Below are positions 1-6,544 of a stretch of DNA of 9,984 bases, one piece after another. The position numbers were made by a program, and so were the translations under genes. The notes beneath the pieces were generated by a model. The model was not told the DNA's origin, did not search any database, and saw only the letters and a program-made list of their open reading frames with translations. How positions within the stretch are numbered: the stretch's first letter is position 1; every line of letters starts with the position of its first letter. The DNA is from an uncultured Lachnospiraceae bacterium. Its GTDB lineage: Bacteria > Bacillota > Clostridia > Christensenellales > UBA1242. Location of the stretch: assembly GCA_964437615.1 (NCBI GenBank), contig CAYTHL010000017.1:1-9984 (forward strand), written 5' to 3'.

Positions 1-87
1 TACTCTCCCACATTTGGCAACTGTTTTTGCATGGTTTTTGAAAATTTTGTAATTTGTTGGGCGGAAGAATTGTACAACTAGCATTGG

Positions 88-3000
88 CTACTTTTTTTCT
101 AAATTGGATACCGACAAGGCGTATTCCAAAAATTCAGTTAAAAAAGCAAAATTTTGCGCGGCGGAGCCTACGGGCAGCAGCTTAATTTTGGCAGTTTCGC
201 CAAGGTCTAGGGCACAGTTGTTGCGATATTTGTACACGGCCTCGGTAAGGCTGTGGCTTTGCATAATCTGCTCTTTATTTTCTAACTGCAGATAAATTTG
301 CATATCTGTGCATAAAATTTCTACAATTTTCAGCTTGCTTGCCAAACTTTTTGCGTAGGCAATTTTAAGCAGATTTTGGGCAGGTTTTGGCAGTTTTCCA
401 AGTTTTTGTTCTAGCTCGGCGCACAAACTATCCCGCTCGGCAGCAGAAGAAATTTCGGCAATTTTTTTGTAGGCTATCATGCGCTGTTCGGCAACTGAAA
501 TATAATCCTCGGGTAGATAGGCGTCCAGACTAACTTTCATTTGCGTTTCTATCTGCTCTTCCACCTTTTCGCCCTTAGCCTCGGCAACTGCCGCCACCAA
601 AAGTTTGGCGTACATATCGTAGCCCACTTTTTGCAAAAATCCGTGCTGCTCGGCGCCAAGCACATTGCCGCTACCCCTAATTTCTAGGTCCCGCATGGCA
701 AGCTTAAAGCCGCTGCCAAACTCAGTAAATTCGCTTATGGCGTCTAGCCGCTTATATGCCTCGGCAGTTAGCGTTTTGTTGTATTGATAAGTAAAATATG
801 CATAGGCAAGCCTATTGCCCCTACCAACTCTTCCCCGTATCTGATAAAGTTGGCTTAGCCCAAAGCGGTCGGCATCGCAGACAATTAGGGTGTTGGCGTT
901 TTCTATGTCTATGCCATTTTCGATTATGGTTGTGCAGATAAGCACATCGCCCTTGCCGGTATAAAAATCATAAATAACTTGCTCTAATAGGTTTGACGGC
1001 AGTTGACCATGAGCAACCAAAATATTTAGTTCGGGCAAAAGTTGCCTAATTTTTGCCGCATACTCGTAGATGCTTTCCACCTTGTTGTACAAAATAAAAG
1101 TCTGCCCACCGCGCGACTTTTCGCGCCGTATTGCGTCCACAACAAGGCTATCCGAATACTCGGTTACATAGGTGCTAATTGGCAGCCTTTGGCTTGGCGG
1201 GGTGCTTATTACCGAAATATCCCTTATGCCAGACAAACTCATGTGCAAAGTGCGCGGTATTGGCGTTGCAGACAGCGTAAGAACGTCGGCACGCGGATGC
1301 GCCGCCTTTAATTTTTCTTTGTCGTTTACGCCAAATTTTTGTTCTTCGTCCAAAATTATTAGCCCAAGGTCGGCAAAAACTACATCCTTAGATAGCATTC
1401 TGTGTGTGCTGCACAAAATATCTATCTTTCCCTCGGCAAGCCGTGCCAAAATATCCTTAGATTGTTTGGCGGTTTTAAACCTGTTTAGTACTTCTACATT
1501 TACCCCAAACTGCTGCATTCGGTTTAAGCAGGTGTTGTAGTGCTGCTGACTTAATATGGTTGTTGGTGCCAAAAAGGCAACTTGCTTGCCGTCCAAAACT
1601 GCCTTAAAGGCGGCGCGCATGGCAACTTCGGTTTTGCCAAATCCAACGTCGCCACAGAGCAGCCTATCCATAACCTTTGGGCTTTGCATGTCGGCCTTAA
1701 TTTCCTTTATGCTGGTTAGCTGGTCTTGAGTTTCGGTGTAAGGAAAGCTTTTTTCAAACTCCTTTTGCACCATATTATCTGCCGAAAAGGCGTAGCCGCG
1801 GCTAGTCTGACGCTTGGCGTACAGCTGCACTAGGTCTATAGCAAGTTTTTTTACGCTTTGCTTTACTTTTTGCTTAACTTTTTCGAAATCTGCACCGCCA
1901 ATTTTTGACAGCTTTTTAGGAACCTCGGCACCGCTGAATCTATCTAGCAAATTCATTTGCGTTGTTGGCACATACAACTTATCTCCGCCGGCGTATTTTA
2001 CAACAATATAGTCCTTTGTGCCAAAATTGCCAGCAAGCTGAGTTACCCCCTCGCAAACGCCTATGCCATGAACGCTATGCACCACGTAGTCGCCCACTTT
2101 TGGCACGCTAAACACGTCTTTGCGGCCGGCAACTAGGGCACTGTTTTGGCTAGGCTTGGCAAAAAGGTCGTCAGTGCCAAGCACAACAAATTTTTCTTTT
2201 GGCAAAATAAAACCATGAGAATAATTTTGCGTGCAAATGCAACTACTGCCGCCCATTTTGGCGTTAGCAACCACGGGTAAATCTACGTCAAAATTTGACA
2301 AATTTTTTGCAAGCATATTGGCCTTATCTGACGCCAAAAGATAAACCTTAAAGTCGTTAGAAAGCCAAAGATTTATTGAACTAGCTAGCCCGGCAGTGTC
2401 GCGAATGTATTTGGCGACGGGGCGGCTAGCAATATCTACAGTAAACTGGGGGTTAAAAAACTTATTGGCGTTGATAATTTTTTGAAACGCCACACCAACA
2501 TGTTTAGCTAAAGCCGATAAAATATTGGCGCTACTAATGCAGGCATGTTTAGGGTTTGCAAGCAAGGTTCCACTTGCCTCAAACCCAGCAATTCGGGCAG
2601 AATTTTCTTTAGACGCCGCCTGCATATTGTCATAGACAAGTTTGGCTTCGTCAATGGCATATACAAAGTTTTTGCCACACGCGTCAAAATAATCTAAAAT
2701 GCAAAAATCTTCTTGCAAATGGCTTACAATTGGGTCTAGCGCAAACGACGCTCCGCCAGCTAGCAATTTAGCTACAATCTCCTCTTTTTGGGCATCTAAG
2801 GCAAGCTGGTCTGCGGGGTTTGCCGCGCGCAAATCCTTATTTTCTAAGGTTTTGGCAATTTTTTGAGCCTCGGCATCGGTAATTAATAAATTGCTCATGG
2901 GGCAAATTTCGGCGCTTGAAAGCGAATTTTGACGCTTACCCTCGGCAGAAAGATAACTTACAGACTCTATTTGGTCGTCAAAATAATCTATGCGCAAAGC

Positions 3001-3543
3001 CATATTGTGGTTTGGCGCAAAAATGTCCAAAATTTCGCCATGCAAACTAAACTGCCCACACTCGGAAACATACTCGGTACGGGTATATCCAGCCATAGCC
3101 AAGCGCCGTGCAAAATCTGCCGGAGGCAAGGTGTCGCCCGCCGCTATTTTAAAGATGTTTTCTTTAAACCTTTTGGGTGCCGGGCAGGGGCATAAAAGAC
3201 TATCCGCCGTGCAAACTATCGCGCAGCTGCCAGTAGAAAGCACATTATAAAAGGCACGCATTCGGTTAATGTTTGGCTGCGCCGACTGGGCTTTTTTGTA
3301 CAAAAAACTGTCTGGCAAGGGGTCAAAAATGCAGGCGTTTAAACCAATTGCCTCAAAATCCTTGCAAACCCTTGTTGCCGAAATATAGTCGCTTGTAATA
3401 TACACTATATTTTGCGACAACAGCGAGCAAATTGGGGCGCGCAAACCGGCCTCTACGCCAAACACCGAGCAAGATTTTTTTGCTTGCACGGCGTCCAAAA
3501 GTTCTTTGATATCTCCTTGTGGAGTGTAATTAAAAAAGTCCAT
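88..3543 (-). CDS. mfd: Transcription-repair coupling factor Mfd, full length (1151 aa)
   Basis: Long ORF with the CarD/TRCF RNAP-interaction block 'GDYVVHSVHGIGVCEGV'. SF2 translocase motifs are present: Walker A 'LLCGDVGFGKTEVAMRAAFKAV', motif II 'ILDEEQKFGV', motif III 'LTLSATPIPRTLHMSL' and motif VI 'QIRGRVGRG'. The N-terminal UvrB-homology region and C-terminal extension have typical lengths. It lies directly downstream of pth, as in many Firmicutes. Stop is TAG at 88-90. The 33-nt gap to pth has no Shine-Dalgarno. Confidence 0.95.
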   Translation of the reverse strand: MDFFNYTPQGDIKELLDAVQAKKSCSVFGVEAGLRAPICSLLSQNIVYITSDYISATRVCKDFEAIGLNACIFDPLPDSFLYKKAQSAQPNINRMRAFYNVLSTGSCAIVCTADSLLCPCPAPKRFKENIFKIAAGDTLPPADFARRLAMAGYTRTEYVSECGQFSLHGEILDIFAPNHNMALRIDYFDDQIESVSYLSAEGKRQNSLSSAEICPMSNLLITDAEAQKIAKTLENKDLRAANPADQLALDAQKEEIVAKLLAGGASFALDPIVSHLQEDFCILDYFDACGKNFVYAIDEAKLVYDNMQAASKENSARIAGFEASGTLLANPKHACISSANILSALAKHVGVAFQKIINANKFFNPQFTVDIASRPVAKYIRDTAGLASSINLWLSNDFKVYLLASDKANMLAKNLSNFDVDLPVVANAKMGGSSCICTQNYSHGFILPKEKFVVLGTDDLFAKPSQNSALVAGRKDVFSVPKVGDYVVHSVHGIGVCEGVTQLAGNFGTKDYIVVKYAGGDKLYVPTTQMNLLDRFSGAEVPKKLSKIGGADFEKVKQKVKQSVKKLAIDLVQLYAKRQTSRGYAFSADNMVQKEFEKSFPYTETQDQLTSIKEIKADMQSPKVMDRLLCGDVGFGKTEVAMRAAFKAVLDGKQVAFLAPTTILSQQHYNTCLNRMQQFGVNVEVLNRFKTAKQSKDILARLAEGKIDILCSTHRMLSKDVVFADLGLIILDEEQKFGVNDKEKLKAAHPRADVLTLSATPIPRTLHMSLSGIRDISVISTPPSQRLPISTYVTEYSDSLVVDAIRREKSRGGQTFILYNKVESIYEYAAKIRQLLPELNILVAHGQLPSNLLEQVIYDFYTGKGDVLICTTIIENGIDIENANTLIVCDADRFGLSQLYQIRGRVGRGNRLAYAYFTYQYNKTLTAEAYKRLDAISEFTEFGSGFKLAMRDLEIRGSGNVLGAEQHGFLQKVGYDMYAKLLVAAVAEAKGEKVEEQIETQMKVSLDAYLPEDYISVAEQRMIAYKKIAEISSAAERDSLCAELEQKLGKLPKPAQNLLKIAYAKSLASKLKIVEILCTDMQIYLQLENKEQIMQSHSLTEAVYKYRNNCALDLGETAKIKLLPVGSAAQNFAFLTEFLEYALSVSNLEKK

Positions 3544-3564
3544 TTTATTACTAATTATTCTGCA

Positions 3565-3578
3565 AATATTGCAATATT
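3565..3578. repeat. 14-bp perfect palindrome AATATTGCAATATT at the pth-mfd junction; function unknown
   Basis: Read directly: positions 3565-3578 equal their own reverse complement. It overlaps the pth stop codon (3577-3579) and lies 22-35 nt upstream of the mfd ATG (3543-3541). Confidence 0.9.
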
Positions 3579-4143
3579 ATTTTTTGTTGCCGTTGTATTT
3601 TTGCATAAGTTCTTCTATGGTTTTGCCGTTAGCAAAATCTAGCACAGCCTTAGATGCAATGTTTACGCCTTGCAAAAACTTTTCATTTTTTCCGGCGGTG
3701 CTACTTAGCACAAAATCTTTCCACTGCGCAGTTGTTTCTGGGTGACCCGTGCCAATTCTTAGCCGCGCAAAAGAAGTGCCAATGTGGGCAACAATGCTTT
3801 TTAGCCCGTTATGAGTACCCGCCGAGCCAAGCTGCCTTATCCGCAAGCTACCCGCCGGCAAATCAAAATCGTCTACAACAACCAAAATGTCGCTATTTTC
3901 TGCGCCAAGTTTGGTCATCACGCTCTTTACGCACTCCCCGCTATTGTTCATGTAGGTGGTGGGCTTAACAAAATACACTTTTTGGCCGTTGACATTATCT
4001 TCGTAAACCAGCCCGCTGCACATGTTTTTTGACTTTTTTATGCCGCGCGCCAAAAGGCACTCGTCAACCGCCATAAAGCCGGCATTGTGATAAGTGCTTT
4101 CAAACTCCTTGCCAATATTGCCCAGTCCAAAGATTATTTTCAT
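3577..4143 (-). CDS. pth: Peptidyl-tRNA hydrolase (188 aa)
   Basis: N-terminus 'KIIFGLGNIGKEFESTYHNAGFMAVD' matches the Pth pattern GLGNPG..Y..TRHN.GF, with the catalytic His retained in HNAGF. 'VVVDDFDLPAGSLRIR' and 'GTHNGLKSI' match the conserved Asp and GHNGLKS blocks. AGGA lies 4 nt upstream of the ATG. Stop is TAA. Confidence 0.93.
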   Translation of the reverse strand: MKIIFGLGNIGKEFESTYHNAGFMAVDECLLARGIKKSKNMCSGLVYEDNVNGQKVYFVKPTTYMNNSGECVKSVMTKLGAENSDILVVVDDFDLPAGSLRIRQLGSAGTHNGLKSIVAHIGTSFARLRIGTGHPETTAQWKDFVLSSTAGKNEKFLQGVNIASKAVLDFANGKTIEELMQKYNGNKK

Positions 4144-4216
4144 ACTTTCCTAAACTTTAAATAAATTAATTAAATTGCAAATACTGCTTGTTTTACTGCC
4201 TAAAATTACAATTTGA

Positions 4217-5341
4217 CTATTTTTTAGCGGCAATTATACTACCGCTTTCTATAGTCTGCCCCGCCCGAACATACACCCCGCTAAGCACAGTTGCCCCGTC
4301 GCAGAGTTTTGCACCACTACCTATTTTTATTTCGCCGCCAATATCCCCTAAGCATTTGCAGCCTTGCCCAATGGTGACGTTTGTTGCTATTTGAGTGTTT
4401 ACAATTTGGCTGCCTGCTCCAATAATTGTGCCACTGGCAGCAGTTGTATTGTTAAGCAGACACAAAGCGTGCACGGTGCAGTTTTCGGCAAGCACGCTTC
4501 TACCCACAATAACCGAATTATTGCTAACTATGCAGCCGCTTTGCACCACCCCGTTAACTAGGCATGAGTGGCTTTTTATAATACAGTTATCTGCAACAAC
4601 GGCGTCGGTTAGGCTAGAACTAATGCAAATTTTAGACTTGCCAACGCTAGTATTTCCGCGCAGACTAACAAAAGGCTCAATAGTTGCCCCCGCCGCAATT
4701 TTAACGGCGCACTCAATGTAAGTTTGACTAGGGCTAACAATGTTTACGCCGGCGTTAATATGATAGCTAATAATTCTATTAGCCAAAATGTTGCACGCCT
4801 CTACCACCTTGGGCAAAGTGTCCACTTGTTTAAGTTCGGCGGCGCAAATATCGTAGGTGGTTGTGGCATAAATTGCCTCGGCACCCTTAATGTAGTCTGT
4901 TTTAAACACATATCCACGCGACAGTTTGCAGACGGCAAAGTTGCCAGATGCGGCAAAGTCTAAAATTTGATTAACCCCCGCAGCCGTCAATAGTGGCGTA
5001 TCGCTAAACAGCACCAAGGTGTATTCGGCATTTTTTAAAAAAGGCCTAATTGTTTCTAGCAGATTATCTGCGTCATTGTATTGTACCAAGGTTGGCTTAG
5101 ATGGGCATGCCCGCGCAACCCAGTTGTACATGCTGGCACCAAGCATGTTTATATCATAACTTTTTTTGCCGCAAACAAACTCGGGCGCTGATGTGTTTGC
5201 GCCTACGGGCTGCTCGCCAACGCAAACAACTTCCTTTTCTTGCTTTAAACTATCTACAAGCAAAACAATGCAATCTACGCTTGCACCGTCCTCTATAACC
5301 TTTTGAGCCAAAGGCTCTTCCATAATTTCATACATACTCAT
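4217..5341 (-). CDS. GlmU-like protein (374 aa): nucleotidyltransferase-fold N-domain plus left-handed beta-helix hexapeptide C-domain, with canonical GlmU signatures missing
   Basis: Blocks 'EYTLVLFSDTPLLTAAGVNQIL' and 'NRIISYHINAGVNIVSPSQTYIE' resemble GlmU (B. subtilis 'VTIVICGDTPLLTAETMEQML' and 'ERINKRHMQNGVTLIDPMNTYIS', recalled from memory). The C-terminal half is a run of imperfect [LIV]-G-x4-type hexapeptide repeats ('CIIKSHSCLVNGVVQSGCIVSNNSVIVGRSVLAENCTV...'). It sits immediately upstream of pth-mfd, the classic glmU neighbourhood. The L-x-A-G-x-G-T-R-M loop is replaced by 'CIVLLVDSLKQEK'. The protein is about 80 aa shorter than typical GlmU. Stop is TAG. Confidence 0.6.
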   Translation of the reverse strand: MSMYEIMEEPLAQKVIEDGASVDCIVLLVDSLKQEKEVVCVGEQPVGANTSAPEFVCGKKSYDINMLGASMYNWVARACPSKPTLVQYNDADNLLETIRPFLKNAEYTLVLFSDTPLLTAAGVNQILDFAASGNFAVCKLSRGYVFKTDYIKGAEAIYATTTYDICAAELKQVDTLPKVVEACNILANRIISYHINAGVNIVSPSQTYIECAVKIAAGATIEPFVSLRGNTSVGKSKICISSSLTDAVVADNCIIKSHSCLVNGVVQSGCIVSNNSVIVGRSVLAENCTVHALCLLNNTTAASGTIIGAGSQIVNTQIATNVTIGQGCKCLGDIGGEIKIGSGAKLCDGATVLSGVYVRAGQTIESGSIIAAKK

Positions 5342-5347
5342 AATTTT

Positions 5348-5376
5348 ATTTTAGCCGCAAAAATTTGCTTTGTCAA
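5348..5376 (-). promoter_or_regulatory. Sigma70-type promoter for the GlmU-like/pth/mfd operon: TTGACA-17 nt-TAAAAT
   Basis: On the minus strand the -35 TTGACA is at 5376-5371, the spacer is 17 nt, and the -10 TAAAAT is at 5353-5348. Only 6 nt separate the -10 from the ATG (A at 5341). Confidence 0.55.
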
Positions 5377-5513
5377 ACACTTTAAAGCTTTATGCACATC
5401 AATATTTGGCAAATTCTTTAAAAAAATGGGCTAAATAGCAAATTACACTCAAAAAATTTTAAGCCAAAAGTTTATTATTGCTATAAAAATCTTAAAAATG
5501 TTGCCACTAAAGA

Positions 5514-5542
5514 TTGATTTTTGCAAAAAAATGCTTTAAAAT
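5514..5542 (+). promoter_or_regulatory. Sigma70-type promoter candidate for the CrtO-family gene: TTGATT-17 nt-TAAAAT
   Basis: The -35 TTGATT is at 5514-5519, the spacer is 17 nt, and the -10 TAAAAT is at 5537-5542, 7 nt before ATG 5550. It is divergent from the 5348-5376 promoter. The upstream DNA is AT-rich with A-tracts. Confidence 0.45.
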
Positions 5543-5549
5543 GTAATCA

Positions 5550-6215
5550 ATGAGCTGCAATAGTCTAGCCCAAAATGGCTTAAGGCTTGCGGTGGACATA
5601 AAATATAATAAGATGAAATTGTATCTAAGTTTTGGAATTACTTATATTGCTATATTGCTGGGGGTTAATCTGGCAATAGATTTTAGTTGGCAAACAATTT
5701 TAAACTTTTTACTAGTTGCTGTAATTGTTTGTCTGCCAGCACTAATTGTTATGATACTTTGCAGATTGGCACCCAAAAAAGTATACAATCCAAACAATAA
5801 ATTGTTTAGCGTTCGTAAAAAAGAAAACAAATTTTATGAAAAGATAAAAATTAGGCGCTGGAAAGACAAAGTTCCCGAGGCTGGCAAACTTGGCGGGTTT
5901 AAAAAAGACAAACTTGAAAGCCCAAAAGACCCCGAATATTTGCGAAAATTTTTGGTTGAAAGCTGTATTGCAGAGGCTATTCACACCTTGAGCATCTGCT
6001 GGGGCATTGTAAGTTTGCTGTTGGTGCCACGTTCACTGCTACTTTGTTTTGGCGTGCCACTATGCGTGTTTAACCTACTTATACACATTATGCCAGTAAT
6101 GATACAGCGCTACATTAGGCCAAAACTTTTGCGCGCGCTGGAACTTTTGCAACGCCTGCAAGCCAAAGCAAATCAGCCCGCCGATACCGACCTAGAAGAA
6201 GCCAATGTTAAGTAG
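5550..6215 (+). CDS. CrtO-family (glycosyl-4,4'-diaponeurosporenoate acyltransferase-like) integral membrane protein
   Basis: 221-aa ORF, or 200 aa if translation starts at the in-frame ATG 5613 ('MKLYLSF...'). Hydrophobic segments flank a basic loop. 'IKIRRWKDKVPE', 'FLVESCIAEAIHTLSI' and 'MPVMIQRYIRPKLLRALELLQR' align with S. aureus CrtO 'VRKWKHKILDG', 'IIETKRAELIHWISI' and '[23 protein letters not shown]', recalled from memory. Homology favours start 5613; promoter geometry favours 5550. Stop is TAG. Confidence 0.7.
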   Translation: MSCNSLAQNGLRLAVDIKYNKMKLYLSFGITYIAILLGVNLAIDFSWQTILNFLLVAVIVCLPALIVMILCRLAPKKVYNPNNKLFSVRKKENKFYEKIKIRRWKDKVPEAGKLGGFKKDKLESPKDPEYLRKFLVESCIAEAIHTLSICWGIVSLLLVPRSLLLCFGVPLCVFNLLIHIMPVMIQRYIRPKLLRALELLQRLQAKANQPADTDLEEANVK

Positions 6216-6227
6216 AAACACATATTT

Positions 6228-6252
6228 TAGCAAAGCTATTTTGCTAGCAAAA
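6228..6252. repeat. Small hairpin/palindrome cluster just after the CrtO-family stop codon
   Basis: TAGCAAA (6228-6234) pairs with TTTGCTA (6240-6246) across a 5-nt loop. It overlaps the 14-bp perfect palindrome TTTTGCTAGCAAAA (6239-6252). No T-tract follows on the plus strand. Confidence 0.7.
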
Positions 6253-6261
6253 AACAAATAT

Positions 6262-6306
6262 AAAAACCACCGGCTATAAAAGTGAACGCAAAGCTGGTGG
6301 TTTTTT
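6262..6306 (+). terminator. Rho-independent terminator candidate (bidirectional form)
   Basis: The stem pairs CCACCGGCT (6267-6275) with AGCTGGTGG (6292-6300): 9 bp including one G-U pair. The loop is 16 nt. AAAAA (6262-6266) flanks it upstream and TTTTTT (6301-6306) downstream. It lies 47 nt after the stop of the 5550-6215 gene. The large loop lowers confidence. Confidence 0.55.
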
Positions 6307-6328
6307 GCTTGCAGGCAAAGCCCAAGAT

Positions 6329-6352
6329 GCCGGCTACTTAGCGGCGTTTTTT
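6329..6352 (+). terminator. Second, tandem terminator-like hairpin
   Basis: GCCGGCT (6329-6335) pairs with AGCGGC (6340-6345): 6 bp with one bulged G and a 4-nt loop. It is followed by G and then TTTTTT (6347-6352). Confidence 0.45.
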
Positions 6353-6484
6353 GTGTTTTAGGCGCAATTTTGACTATATAGGGCCATAACTGCAAGTAAT
6401 TGCTTAAGCTTGCACACTGCCCCATTTTACAACTTTTTAAGTAGTTTAAATTTTAAAAAAATATGTTTATATATGAAAATTTTG

Positions 6485-6514
6485 TTGCATATGTTATTTG
6501 CTTTGGCTTATAAT
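6485..6514 (+). promoter_or_regulatory. Sigma70-type promoter candidate: TTGCAT-18 nt-TATAAT
   Basis: The -35 TTGCAT is at 6485-6490, the spacer is 18 nt, and the consensus -10 TATAAT is at 6509-6514. This predicts a TSS near 6521 and a ~24-nt leader that contains the RBS of the 6545 gene. Confidence 0.5.
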
Positions 6515-6530
6515 AATTATATAAACGCAA

Positions 6531-6536
6531 AAGGAG
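6531..6536 (+). promoter_or_regulatory. Shine-Dalgarno site AAGGAG
   Basis: AAGGAG lies 8 nt upstream of ATG 6545. It is the only strong SD in the window. Confidence 0.75.
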
Positions 6537-6544
6537 ATTTATTT

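Noticed and set aside
1-32. Possible start of a further minus-strand gene downstream of mfd (ATG at 32-30, reading 'MQKQLPNVGE...' off the left edge)
   Set aside because: Only about 10 codons are visible, with no SD and no recognisable motif, so it cannot be distinguished from chance.
104-3642. Seven plus-strand ORFs of 63-122 aa (104-295, 1042-1311, 1172-1540, 1814-2011, 2929-3195, 2990-3250, 3412-3642) lying antisense to mfd
   Set aside because: All are embedded antisense in a strongly conserved gene. They have no RBS or promoter signals, and their products are low-complexity, Cys/Arg/Leu-rich sequences typical of the mirror frame of a real CDS. No recognisable motifs.
3654-5298. Plus-strand ORFs (3654-3968, 3811-4032, 4188-4394, 4364-4561, 4395-4721, 4724-4963, 5101-5298) antisense to pth and the GlmU-like gene
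   Set aside because: Same reasoning as above: shadow ORFs of real genes, with no translation signals and no recognisable domains.
5420-5531. A-tracts at about 5420, 5451, 5485, 5494 and 5525 that look roughly helically phased, suggesting intrinsic DNA curvature in the divergent promoter region
   Set aside because: The spacings (31, 34, 9 and 31 nt) only loosely fit a 10.5-nt period, and such tracts are generic in AT-rich promoter DNA. Not distinctive enough to report without a curvature calculation.
6192-6425. 77-aa minus-strand ORF filling the long intergenic region
   Set aside because: It runs through both terminator hairpins and overlaps the 3' end of the CrtO-family gene. It has no SD or promoter, and its sequence looks like translated intergenic DNA.
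6410-6544. 45-codon N-terminal extension (TTG start at 6410, or ATG at 6473) of the YwaF-like ORF
   Set aside because: The TTGCAT-18-TATAAT promoter (6485-6514) and the only strong RBS in the window (AAGGAG, 6531-6536) lie inside this extension and point to ATG 6545.
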